Source of the DNA: a bacterium
GTDB lineage: Bacteria; UBA8248
Reading direction: 5' to 3'
DNA: 64,000 nt
Assembly: GCA_965261085.1 (NCBI GenBank)
Contig: OZ253442.1
Span: forward strand, 160,001-224,000
Shown: piece after piece, positions 40,241-50,055 of the stretch
How the letters are laid out: each line of letters begins with the position of its first letter
Numbering within the stretch: position 1 is the first letter of the stretch
Made by a program: the position numbers and the translations under genes
Notes under the pieces: generated by a model
Seen by the model: only the letters and a program-made list of their open reading frames with translations
What the model was told of the DNA's origin: nothing
Databases searched by the model: none

Positions 40241-42373
40241 CTAGCGTCTTCGTTTCGTCCGGCTCGTTTTCTTGCGCGTCATATTGAGCCGGCCCAGAGA
40301 ATCCACCTCCAAGCGAAACGAGGGCGGGATGAGCACCGTGGAATCGGGTTGCTCGATGACTGCAGGGCCTTGAACCCGGTTTCCGCCTTTTAGAAGCTCC
40401 CGTTCATAGATGGGGCAGTCGATGAAATTTCCGGCCTCCTGGAAATGCACCCCCCGCGCGCCCTTGAACGCCGCCTTGGGACTTTGGGAGCCGGCGGCGA
40501 TTTTTTTCGGGAGAATGCGGTCCGTGAGGCCGATGGCCGAGACGCGAAGGGTCACGGCCTGAACGCTTTCCGCCTCATCGCAATAGCTGTACTGGCGCAG
40601 ATGCGCGTCGTGAAACGCCCTTCGCGCCTTGCCGAGCCACGCGGGGCCTATCTTTCCGCCGGGCAGCGACACGTTGATCTCATAGTTTTGAAGCGGGTAG
40701 CGCAGGTCGGCCGAGCGCACGAGCATGCGCTTCGCCCGGGGCGCCTTCTCGGCTATGAGCCATTCGTCCGCCTCCGCTTCGAGCTCGGCTATGAGAGCGG
40801 CGATTCGCTCCGCGTTTTCTTTGTCGAGGCTTAAGCGCGTCGTGGCCGTGAAGTCCGCTCTCATATCCGCCCAGAGCAGGCCGAGGGCGGAGAAAACGCC
40901 CGGCGCCTCGGGGATGATGATGCGCGGAATGCCGAGCTCGTTCGCCAGATCGGCCGCGTGCAGGGGGCCCGCGCCGCCAAAGCTGATGAGCGCGAAATCG
41001 CGCGGGTCATAGCCTCTGGCGACCGAGACCACGCGCAGGGTGCGAACCATGTGGGCGTTGACGACTTCGATGATACCCGCGGCGGCTTCCATGGTGGATA
41101 GCCCGAGTGGTTCGGCTATCTTCTCTTCGATGGCCTTTTCCGCGTAATCGAGATGGAGGCGTGATTCTCCTCCGACGAAATAATCCGGGTTCAGGCGGCC
41201 CAGGACGAGGTTCGCGTCCGTGACGGTGGGTTCCTCGCCCCCCCGGCCGTAGCAGACCGGGCCTGGTTCCGAACCCGCGCTGTGGGGGCCGACTTTCAAA
41301 ACGCCCACGCCGTCCACCGAAGCGATGGAGCCGCCTCCCGCGCCGCATTCGGTCAGGTCGATGACGGGCGTCTTGACGGGATATCCCGTAAAGCGGACCG
41401 CCAGGGACTGGTGCATGCCCATTCCTATCTCGTATTCGGTGGTGGTCTTGTAGGCGCCGCCCTCAATCAGGCTCGTCTTGGCGGTTGTGCCGCCCATGTC
41501 GAAGGAGATGATGTCTGGTTCTTCGAGCTCTCGCGCGAGAACGGTGGCGGCGATGACGCCCGCCGCGGGGCCTGATTCGATGAGCGTGTGGGGGCGTTCG
41601 CGCGCAGATGCCGGCGACATCAGCCCGCCGGCCGAATTCATGATGAGGAGTTTTTCGGGGCGGTGCCCGAGCCTGGATACCTCATCGTGCAGCCTTTCCG
41701 TGTAGCGCGCGAATATGGGTTTCAGGTAGCCGACGAGCGCGGTCGTACTCGTTCGCTCGAACTCGCGAAACTCAGGCGTGATGTCCGAGGAGGCGACGAT
41801 GTGGCGGCCCGGAAGCGCTCGAAGGAGATGTTTTTTCACCCGAAGCTCGTGGGCGGGATTCACGTAGGAGAACAAAAGCGCGATCACCACCGATTCGGCG
41901 CCCGAGGCATCGAGCGCATCCGCGAGCCGGTCGAGTTCCGCTTTCGTCAATTTGGTGACGACGTCTCCGTTCCACGCCAGCCGCTCGCTCACCTCGAAGC
42001 TGAGCCGCCGGGGGATGAGGGGCTTGGCCTTCACCTCCTGTAAGTTATACAGACTCGGCCTGCGCTGGCGGGCGATCTCGAGAATGTCCCGAAACCCCTG
42101 GGTGGTGACCAAGGCGGTGCGCGCGCCTTTTGATTCCAAAACGGTGTTGGTGGCCACCGTAGTGGCGTGGAGGATGCGCCCCACCTCTTCGGGGGATATG
42201 CCTCGCGTCGCCCTCTGGAGTCCGTTGACGAAACAGCCCTCCAGATTTACCGGCGTGGTGTCCACCTTGTAGGAGGCGATGAGCCCCTCTTCCTCTCCCA
42301 TGAGGACGACGTCGGTGAACGTGCCGCCGATGTCGATGCCGACGCGGTATTTTTCTTTCTTTCTCGAAGCCAT
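40241..42373 (-). CDS. Hydantoinase/oxoprolinase A subunit
   Basis: GIDIGGTFTD, HATTVATN, ESGPAAG, DMGGTT, FGGAGPLH. Confidence 0.93.
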   Translation of the reverse strand: MASRKKEKYRVGIDIGGTFTDVVLMGEEEGLIASYKVDTTPVNLEGCFVNGLQRATRGISPEEVGRILHATTVATNTVLESKGARTALVTTQGFRDILEIARQRRPSLYNLQEVKAKPLIPRRLSFEVSERLAWNGDVVTKLTKAELDRLADALDASGAESVVIALLFSYVNPAHELRVKKHLLRALPGRHIVASSDITPEFREFERTSTTALVGYLKPIFARYTERLHDEVSRLGHRPEKLLIMNSAGGLMSPASARERPHTLIESGPAAGVIAATVLARELEEPDIISFDMGGTTAKTSLIEGGAYKTTTEYEIGMGMHQSLAVRFTGYPVKTPVIDLTECGAGGGSIASVDGVGVLKVGPHSAGSEPGPVCYGRGGEEPTVTDANLVLGRLNPDYFVGGESRLHLDYAEKAIEEKIAEPLGLSTMEAAAGIIEVVNAHMVRTLRVVSVARGYDPRDFALISFGGAGPLHAADLANELGIPRIIIPEAPGVFSALGLLWADMRADFTATTRLSLDKENAERIAALIAELEAEADEWLIAEKAPRAKRMLVRSADLRYPLQNYEINVSLPGGKIGPAWLGKARRAFHDAHLRQYSYCDEAESVQAVTLRVSAIGLTDRILPKKIAAGSQSPKAAFKGARGVHFQEAGNFIDCPIYERELLKGGNRVQGPAVIEQPDSTVLIPPSFRLEVDSLGRLNMTRKKTSRTKRRR

Positions 42374-42374
42374 G

Positions 42375-44159
42375 CTAGAGCGCCTCCTTGCGTTTCAGCG
42401 CTTCATCGACCAGAGGCGCCGGGTAGGACGCCCTGGCGTATTCGAGCGAAATTTTCCCATCCGCGAGGTCGATCGCCAATTCCTCCGGTGAATGCTCTGC
42501 CGGATCGCCGTATCCACCGGCCCCGGCCGACTGGCACCTAAGCACCTCGCCCTCTCGAAACTCGTGTGGGCCGCCCTTGCTCGGCAGCTTCGTTTCGTTC
42601 GCCTCCCCGGGATTTTTCAGGTGTATTCCACGGGCCCCCTCTTTGCCGCCGAAAAGAGGCCAGGGGGAGAAATCGTGCCGGTCGGCGTGCGCGATGAAGC
42701 CCGTGTCGCTGAGCATCCGGAAATCCTTGCGCGTGGCGAGCCCGCCCCGGTGGCGTCCCGCGCCGCCGCTGTCGGGCACGAGTTCGAAGCGCTCCACCCG
42801 GATGGGGTATTCGTTCTCTAAAATCTCGACCGGCAGGTTCGGTATGTTGTTCGTGTGGATCTGAACGGCGTCCATGCCATTGCTCGTCTCGCGACCTCCC
42901 ATGCCGCCGCCGATGCCGTCGATGCAGATGAACGGTCTTTGCCGGATGGTGTCGAAACCGTGGAGGTTGATGGAGGTGGTGCCGTGGCCGCAGGCGCACA
43001 CGCGCTCGGGCGCCACCTTGGACATGACGCCGATGAGCAGGTCGGCCAGCCGCTGGCAGGTGGTGCCGCGTCCGCCCACGGGCGCGGGCGCGTTCGGGTT
43101 CACGATGCTCCCCTCGGGTGCGACGAGCCTCACCACGCGCTCGAAAGCCGCGTTCGACCAGAGTTCGGGGTCGATGGTCGCCTTGAGCGCGTAGGCGACG
43201 GTGGCGAACAGCGCTTCATAGACGACGTTCACGCCGCCCGTTCTCTGATGGCTCGAACCCGTAAAATCGAAAACCATGTGCGGCTCGGGGCTGTGGGCGA
43301 TGGTGAGCGTCACCTTCAAGGGAACCGGGCCGGGCACATGGGCGTCGTCGTCGAGTTGGTCCTCGAAATCCCATGTTCCTTCGGGCAGTTCCTTGATCTT
43401 CGAGCGAATCGTTCGCTCGTTGTAGTCGAGCACGCCCTCCACGAGTTCGAGAAAACGCTCGGCGCCGTATTTTTCGCTCAACTCCTGGAGACGCCGGACG
43501 CCGAGCTGGTTGCACGCGGCCTGCGCGCGCAAGTCGGCCGGCCTGTCTTCTGAAAAGCGCATGTTGAGGAGAATGAAGGAGAAGAGATCTTCTTGCAGTT
43601 CTCCCTCTTTGAAGATTTTCATGGGCGGTATCCTCAAGCCCTCCTGGTATATCTCGTTGCAGCCCTCGGTCATCGCGGCGCCCGGCTTGATGCCGCCCAC
43701 GTCGGGCCAGTGGCCCATGTTCGCGACGAAGCCGATGAGTCGTTTACCCTCGAACACCGGAGAGGCCACCGTGACGTCGGCGAGGTGGGTTCCGCCACCG
43801 TGATAGGCGTCGTTCGCCAAAAAAGCGTCGCCCGGTTTGAGTTCCTCGAGCGGATAGCGCTTCAAAATGTTGCGGATGATGCTCAGCATTGCGCCCAAAT
43901 GCATGGGGATGTGCTCGGCCTGGGCGATGAGGCGGCCTTCGGCGTCGAATATGGCCGTCGAGGCGTCCTGGCGCTCCTTGATGTTCGTGGAATAAGCCGT
44001 GCGAATGAGCGCCGCGCCCATCTCCTCGGCCACCGAGAGCAGGGCGTTCGAGAAGACCTCGAGCGCGACCGGATCGGGCACCGAGGAAGCGCGCCGCTTC
44101 ATGGGTTTGCGGCGCGAGGCCGCTTTTTTCGAGCTCGCTTTCGTGCGTCCGGCCGGCAT
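42375..44159 (-). CDS. Hydantoinase/oxoprolinase B subunit
   Basis: RTAYSTNIKE, PMHLG, ND.YHGGGTHLAD, HWPDVGG, EGLRIPP, DSGGAGRHRGG. Confidence 0.93.
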   Translation of the reverse strand: MPAGRTKASSKKAASRRKPMKRRASSVPDPVALEVFSNALLSVAEEMGAALIRTAYSTNIKERQDASTAIFDAEGRLIAQAEHIPMHLGAMLSIIRNILKRYPLEELKPGDAFLANDAYHGGGTHLADVTVASPVFEGKRLIGFVANMGHWPDVGGIKPGAAMTEGCNEIYQEGLRIPPMKIFKEGELQEDLFSFILLNMRFSEDRPADLRAQAACNQLGVRRLQELSEKYGAERFLELVEGVLDYNERTIRSKIKELPEGTWDFEDQLDDDAHVPGPVPLKVTLTIAHSPEPHMVFDFTGSSHQRTGGVNVVYEALFATVAYALKATIDPELWSNAAFERVVRLVAPEGSIVNPNAPAPVGGRGTTCQRLADLLIGVMSKVAPERVCACGHGTTSINLHGFDTIRQRPFICIDGIGGGMGGRETSNGMDAVQIHTNNIPNLPVEILENEYPIRVERFELVPDSGGAGRHRGGLATRKDFRMLSDTGFIAHADRHDFSPWPLFGGKEGARGIHLKNPGEANETKLPSKGGPHEFREGEVLRCQSAGAGGYGDPAEHSPEELAIDLADGKISLEYARASYPAPLVDEALKRKEAL

Positions 44160-44751
44160 GAAATTCTCTCTCCTTCACTTGGGTGGAATTAAAAGAGCGA
44201 AAAAGCGCGTCACTCATCCGTCAAAATCGTTTTCTGTTCTTCGTACAAGGCGCGGCGTTTCGCGAGCACGCGTTCGCCGCCGAGACGCTCTGGAGGCGAA
44301 CGCACCAACTCATGCAACGCCCGGGCTTTTCGCTACAACTTCAGGGGAAAACCACACGCGCATTCCGCTTCCTGGGCGCAGCTTCAAGATAATGCGGATA
44401 TGTCGATCCGGGGTTTTCGATAGGAAGTTTTACACGAGTTTCAAGCTTTTGGGCAAAGGCCTTAGCGAAGTCGCGCAACCCATCCTGCCCAGACGCCGCG
44501 CCAATCCGAACCAGGGTTCGTTCTCCCGCCTTTTCTCGCGCTTGGTGAAAGAGGGTGGAGAGGATTGTCTTTCGGTAGTTGTTCCGGAGGCTGGTTTGGA
44601 TTGCGCGTGCACGGGTAATCGTGTTGTAATCTATCGGTCAATCACAATTTACCTCTTCATCTTTGCGGGGAATTTTCTACTTCTTCCGGTGAAGGTGTCG
44701 GAAGGCTTCCCTCGGAGAGGTTTGCGTAACTGAACCGGATTTGGAGACGCC

Positions 44752-46014
44752 ATGGAAGAGATTCCATCCTGGGTCGATCAGGACGCCATGAACATCGATG
44801 CGCGGCTGGATGAGCAGCACCGCTGGATATCCAGCCCGATGAACGCCCTGGCCGCGCCTGACGCCGTGAACGCGCAGCCCCGGCGCATCGTCTTGCGCGA
44901 CGACACGCTGCGCTCGGGCGCAAATACGCCGGGCGTTTACGCGAGCGTGGAGAAGAAGCTCCGTATTTCCGAACTGCTCGACGAGGCGGGCGTACAGGAG
45001 GCCGAGGTGGGTTACGGCTCGCTGCCCGATGATCAGAAATTCGTGAGTGAACTCAAAAAACGCGGCTCCAAAATCATTTGCGGCATGCACGCGCGCTGCT
45101 GGCTCCCGAACTGGAAATCCGACATCGACGGCATCGCCGGTTGCGGGGCCGACATGGTGAATTTCGTAGGGATGCAGGGCTACACGATGACAGAAGCGCT
45201 CCACCCGACGCTCCGGGGCGAGTCGTTTCTCGTGCGCATGGAGGAGTGCATCGCCTACGCGAAGGAAAAGGGCCTCAAGGTGGGTTTCGGCACGGATCAT
45301 CCACGCGCGGACCTGATTCCCGAGACGATTCGCCGCGCCGTCGCCGCCGGCGTGGACAGGTGGGTCTGCTACGATCCGCGCGGGTGGTTCCTCCCGCAGA
45401 CGATGGCGATGGTGGTCCATGCCGTGCGTGTGGCGAGCGAGGACAAGATAGAAGTATCCGTTCATGCGCATGATGATTTCGGCCTGGCCACGGCCATCAC
45501 GTTCGAGGGCATCAGGGCGGGCGCCATGGGGTGCGACGTGTGCATCAACAGGACGGGGCACCGCTGCGGCAACGCGGGCTTCGAGCAGATCGCCGTGGGG
45601 CTGGAGTATTTCTTCGGGTATCAGACGGGAATCGACCTGAAGAAAATCACCGAGCTCAGCCGCCTCGTCTCGGAACTCTATGAGATTCCCGTCGCCGAGA
45701 ACGCCCCGGTGGTGGGGCACAACATGTTCAGCTACGGCGGGCTCCACATTCCCGGTATTCTGCGCGGGGACTGGTTTTTGTGGGAGAACCTGAGGTCGGA
45801 GACCGTGGGCACCGGCAGGCACATCGTGTATGGACCCACTGCGCTTCAGAAAGGCTCCGACAGCCCCCTGGACGCCAAGGTGAATCAAATGGGCAAAAAG
45901 GCGGACGAGGCCCAGATGGACCGGATCATCTCGGGCGTTCGGGCGTTGATCGAGGAGAAGAGCTCGGCGACCGACGCGGAAGTCGAGCGGATTATCAGCC
46001 GCGTCATGGGGTAG
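44752..46014 (+). CDS. DRE-TIM metallolyase superfamily protein (LeuA/NifV-like, atypical motif)
   Basis: DDTLRSGANTPG, EAEVG, HAHDDFGLA, G.RCGNA. Confidence 0.85.
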   Translation: MEEIPSWVDQDAMNIDARLDEQHRWISSPMNALAAPDAVNAQPRRIVLRDDTLRSGANTPGVYASVEKKLRISELLDEAGVQEAEVGYGSLPDDQKFVSELKKRGSKIICGMHARCWLPNWKSDIDGIAGCGADMVNFVGMQGYTMTEALHPTLRGESFLVRMEECIAYAKEKGLKVGFGTDHPRADLIPETIRRAVAAGVDRWVCYDPRGWFLPQTMAMVVHAVRVASEDKIEVSVHAHDDFGLATAITFEGIRAGAMGCDVCINRTGHRCGNAGFEQIAVGLEYFFGYQTGIDLKKITELSRLVSELYEIPVAENAPVVGHNMFSYGGLHIPGILRGDWFLWENLRSETVGTGRHIVYGPTALQKGSDSPLDAKVNQMGKKADEAQMDRIISGVRALIEEKSSATDAEVERIISRVMG

Positions 46015-46069
46015 CGGCGATGGCGCGGCTGCTCTCATAGGCCGAGGGTAGGGCGAGAGGCGGAGTTTC

Positions 46070-47800
46070 ATGGCCGAAACAGTTGTTCAGAACCCAGGAG
46101 GGGCGCTCGAGCGGTATTTCCACGCGCCGCTCAGAAGGCTGCGCGCGGCGGGCGTCACGCCGTTCGAGGTCGTCACGGTCGTTGTGATGACCGTGGTGGT
46201 CCTGTGGTTCGTCCTGGCCCCCGTTCTCAACCTGTTCTACGGCGCGTTTCAGTCCGAGCCTCCCGGGGAGGGGGGCGTGTGGACGCTCGAGCACTTCCGC
46301 GTCGTTTTCGGCAATCCGGGCTACTGGCGCACGGTGGGCAGAACCCTGCTGGTCGGCTTCGGCGTGGTCTTCCTGGCGACGATCATCGGCTCTCCTCTGG
46401 CCTGGCTGGTCGTGAAGACCGACATGCGCGGGAAGCGCTGGGTGGAGCTTTCGGCCATTCTTCCTTTCTTCACCAGCACCTTCGTCGGCGCGCTCGCCTG
46501 GATTTTGCTGGGCAACCCCACCAACGGGATGATCAAACTCTGGACGGGGCTTCCCATCAACGTCTACTCCGTCTGGGGGATCATCTGGGTCTCGGGCATA
46601 TACATGGCGCCTTATATGTTTCTGTTCACCTCGGCGGCGCTCCGCTCGGTGGATACGACGTATGAGGAGGCTTCGTTCATGTCGGGAGCGGGCTTGTTCC
46701 GCACCCTGACGCGGGTGACGTTTCCGGTCATTCTTCCCGCCATCCTCTCGGGCATGACGCTCGTGTTCGTCATTACGATGGGGATCTTCGGCGTGGCGGC
46801 TATTTTGGGTTTCCCGGCGCGGATCGTGTTGCTGGCGACGGATATTTTCGCAAAATCGGTTTTCGCCCCGCCCCTGTACGGGGAGGCGACCGTCGCCGCC
46901 CTTACGCTGATGGCCATCACCGCCATTTGCATCCTCTTGCAGCGGTGGATTCTCAGAAAGGGTTCCTACGCCCTGGTGAGCGGACGTGGGTTTCGCCTCA
47001 AGCTCTACACTCTCGGCCGCCTGACGCCCTTCGCCTATTTGTTCACGGCGCTCTACGCGCTGCTCGCCGTCATCCTGCCCGGGCTGGTGCTCATCAAGGT
47101 CAGCATGCAGCCCTACGCCACACCCAAGTTCGGGCTGTGGACGATGGAGAACTGGGAGGTCTTTTTCACGAACCCCGATTTGCTCGATTCCTTCATCCGC
47201 TCGATGTATCTCTCCACGGGCGGGGCGACCATCAGCGTGCTCATGACGGCCGTCATCGCCTACATCATCCACAAGAGCAAATCGCCCGGTCGCGGCATTC
47301 TCGAGCAGGTGAGCGTCATGCCGGTGGGCATTCCCGGAATCGTCATGGGCCTGGGGATGATATGGGCCTATATCCAGTGGCCGATTTGGGCGACCGTCTG
47401 GATTCTCGTCGTCGCGTACCTCACCCTGTTCATGCCCTACGGCGTCCGCGCCCTGGGGGCGAACGTGGTGCAGGTTCACGGAGAACTCGAGGAGAGCAGC
47501 CGGGTTCACGGGGGTAGCTGGTTCCTCACTTTCCGGCGGATCATCTTCCCCCTCTTGCGTCCGGGCATTTATTCCACCTGGATTTTGCTGTTCATCATTT
47601 TCCTGCGCGAAATATCCACGGCGGTCCTCCTGACTACGCACGAGACGCGCGTTCTTCCGGTTTTGATCTTCGAGCAGTGGACGGACGGGGAGTTGAACAT
47701 CATGTGCGCTGGCGCATTGCTTCTGACGGCGATCATGTTCGTCGTCATTTCCGTGTTCAAGTGGGTTTTCAAGGTGGATGTGACCCCCGTCTACCGATAG
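46070..47800 (+). CDS. ABC permease, FbpB/ThiP-type double domain
   Basis: Two EAA-like loops (YEEASFMSGA, LEESSRVHGG); many TM segments. Confidence 0.9.
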   Translation: MAETVVQNPGGALERYFHAPLRRLRAAGVTPFEVVTVVVMTVVVLWFVLAPVLNLFYGAFQSEPPGEGGVWTLEHFRVVFGNPGYWRTVGRTLLVGFGVVFLATIIGSPLAWLVVKTDMRGKRWVELSAILPFFTSTFVGALAWILLGNPTNGMIKLWTGLPINVYSVWGIIWVSGIYMAPYMFLFTSAALRSVDTTYEEASFMSGAGLFRTLTRVTFPVILPAILSGMTLVFVITMGIFGVAAILGFPARIVLLATDIFAKSVFAPPLYGEATVAALTLMAITAICILLQRWILRKGSYALVSGRGFRLKLYTLGRLTPFAYLFTALYALLAVILPGLVLIKVSMQPYATPKFGLWTMENWEVFFTNPDLLDSFIRSMYLSTGGATISVLMTAVIAYIIHKSKSPGRGILEQVSVMPVGIPGIVMGLGMIWAYIQWPIWATVWILVVAYLTLFMPYGVRALGANVVQVHGELEESSRVHGGSWFLTFRRIIFPLLRPGIYSTWILLFIIFLREISTAVLLTTHETRVLPVLIFEQWTDGELNIMCAGALLLTAIMFVVISVFKWVFKVDVTPVYR

Positions 47801-47815
47801 TGGAGGAGAGGTTCC

Positions 47816-48898
47816 TTGCCATCGCTGACCATCGAGAATCTATCGAAACACTTCGACGAAGTGCGCGCGGTGGATGACCTCGACCTGGAAGTCGAAGAAG
47901 GGGAGATGCTAACCCTCCTCGGCCCGAGCGGATGCGGCAAGACGACGACGCTCCGGTGCATCGCGGGCTTGGAACGACCGACCGCCGGGCGCATCATTCT
48001 CGGCGAGGGTGTCGTCACCGATATCGATGGCGGTGTTTTCGTTCTGCCCGAAAAGCGCGAAATGGGCATGGTTTTCCAATCCTACGCTGTTTGGCCGCAC
48101 ATGACGCTGTTCGAGAACGTCGCCTATCCATTGAGGGCGCGGGGCATGCCGCGTGGAGATATTTCCGAAAAAGTCATGAACACGCTCAAGCTCGTTCAAC
48201 TCGACGGCCTGGAGCACCGCTACTCCACCCAGATAAGCGGCGGCCAGCAGCAGCGCGTCGCCCTCGCGCGGAGCCTGGTTTCGGAACCCTCCCTGCTGTT
48301 GTTCGACGAACCCTTGAGCAACCTCGACGCGAATCTGCGCGTGCAGATGCGCCTCGAGATTCGGGAGCTGCAGGAGAGGCTGAATTTCACGGCTGTTTAC
48401 GTCACCCACGATCAGACGGAAGCCATGGCGCTCTCGGATCGCATCGCCATCATGGATCACGGGGTGATGCAGCAGATCGCCGACCCGCGTGAAATCTACA
48501 ATCGGCCCCAGAACCGCTTCGTCGCCAGTTTCATGGGAACCACGAACCTTTTCGAGGGTGCGAAGAAGGCGGGGGCGGGAGGTGAACCACTCGTTCTATC
48601 GGATGAGGGAATCGAGATTTCCATTGGCGACCAGCATATGCCGGATGGGGAGAGGGCCTACGTCTCGATTCGTCCCGAGGCGCTCCGGCTGTCCGGGTCT
48701 CAAGGTGGGAGCGATTCACCGAATCATTGGAATGGCAGGGTGATTCATTCTACTTTCCTGGGGGAGTCGACCATATTTGCGGTCGAAGTTTCCGGAAAGA
48801 CGATCGAGATACATGCGGAGCCAACGCAGGTGTTCGAAACGGGTCAGAAAGTGGTCGTCTCCGCCGAGCCGGAGCGATGCGTTGTCGTTGAATCGTAG
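47816..48898 (+). CDS. ABC ATPase, FbpC/PotA-type
   Basis: GPSGCGKT, ISGGQQQR, DEPLSNLDA, VTHDQ, TOBE tail. Confidence 0.93.
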   Translation: MPSLTIENLSKHFDEVRAVDDLDLEVEEGEMLTLLGPSGCGKTTTLRCIAGLERPTAGRIILGEGVVTDIDGGVFVLPEKREMGMVFQSYAVWPHMTLFENVAYPLRARGMPRGDISEKVMNTLKLVQLDGLEHRYSTQISGGQQQRVALARSLVSEPSLLLFDEPLSNLDANLRVQMRLEIRELQERLNFTAVYVTHDQTEAMALSDRIAIMDHGVMQQIADPREIYNRPQNRFVASFMGTTNLFEGAKKAGAGGEPLVLSDEGIEISIGDQHMPDGERAYVSIRPEALRLSGSQGGSDSPNHWNGRVIHSTFLGESTIFAVEVSGKTIEIHAEPTQVFETGQKVVVSAEPERCVVVES

Positions 48899-48928
48899 CT
48901 GTCTTCTCAATCTCAAAGGAGGTGCAAG

Positions 48929-49972
48929 ATGAAGAAGTGGACAATTCCCATCATGTCCCTGGGGCTGTCGGTGGGTCTGGCGGCGGGCGCCGCGCACGGC
49001 GCCGACAAGGAAACGCTCAAAATGGCGGCCGGCACCAAAGGCGGGCAGATCATCGTGTACAACATCATCTTCAAGCCCGCCCAGCGAAAACTGAACAAGG
49101 CGTTCAACAAGAAATTCGCCAAGTACGGCATCAAGGCGAAGATGATCCGGAGCCAGTCCGGAAAAATCGCCAATCTCTACAAGCAGGAGCTGCGGGCCGG
49201 GAAGGTGCGCATGGACGCCATCTCCACCGCCGATCCGGGAATGTTCCTGAGCTTCAACAGAAAAAACCAGCTCACCCGTTATTGCAGCCCGAACTACAAG
49301 GACTATCGTGACTGGGCCGTGGCGAAGGATTGCGGCTACTTCTATCACACCTCCTGGCTGCAATACATTTCCTACAACCCCGAACTCGTCAAGGGCGGCG
49401 ACATCCCCAACAGTTGGCTCGATTTCCACAAGCCCAAGTGGAAGGGCAAGATCAGCTTCGGCGACCCGAAGATCGGCGGTGGACACTATTACTTCGTGTT
49501 CACGATGTACAAGCTATTCGGGCGCGACTGGTTTATCAAGACGCGCGACAACAACGCCATGATGGTGCGCAGCCACGGCACCACGAACAACAAGGTGAAA
49601 TCGGGCGAGCGCCACTTCGGCGTGAATCTCTCCATGCTCGTTCGCCGCGACGGCCCCTACCCGGGCGGCAAGAACGCGCCCATCAAAGAGGTGTTCCCCA
49701 AAGAAGGCGGCGCACTGCTCGTCGCCCCGATGGCGATCACCAAGGGCGGCCCCAACCCCGCCGGCGCGAAAGTGCTGATCGAATGGCTATCGAGCCTCGA
49801 GGGCCAGAATGTGGTTTCCGACAAGGGCAAGTTTTCTCTGCGCAAGGATTTCACCAGCGTGGAGGGCGTGAAGCTCTCCGACCTCAAATACCACTGGTGG
49901 GACCCGAACGAGATGGACAAGATGCGGGACAAATGGACCAAAGACTCGCTCAAGATACTGACCGGCAACTAA
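48929..49972 (+). CDS. ABC substrate-binding protein (FbpA/AfuA-like)
   Basis: Signal peptide, YNPELV, PNSW.D...PKWKGKI, PKEG, NPAGAK..IEWL.S.EGQ. Confidence 0.88.
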   Translation: MKKWTIPIMSLGLSVGLAAGAAHGADKETLKMAAGTKGGQIIVYNIIFKPAQRKLNKAFNKKFAKYGIKAKMIRSQSGKIANLYKQELRAGKVRMDAISTADPGMFLSFNRKNQLTRYCSPNYKDYRDWAVAKDCGYFYHTSWLQYISYNPELVKGGDIPNSWLDFHKPKWKGKISFGDPKIGGGHYYFVFTMYKLFGRDWFIKTRDNNAMMVRSHGTTNNKVKSGERHFGVNLSMLVRRDGPYPGGKNAPIKEVFPKEGGALLVAPMAITKGGPNPAGAKVLIEWLSSLEGQNVVSDKGKFSLRKDFTSVEGVKLSDLKYHWWDPNEMDKMRDKWTKDSLKILTGN

Positions 49973-49984
49973 TTTCACTTGCTG

Positions 49985-50039
49985 GATGAAACGGCGCGCC
50001 GCGTCCGCTCGGGTGCGGGCGCGGCGGCGCTTTTTCATC
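49985..50039 (+). terminator. Stem-loop / rho-independent terminator-like structure
   Basis: GCCGCGTCCGC-TCGGGT-GCGGGCGCGGC followed by TTTTT; flanks GATGAAA/TTTCATC also pair. Confidence 0.6.
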
Positions 50040-50055
50040 GCACCCAAGGGATACG

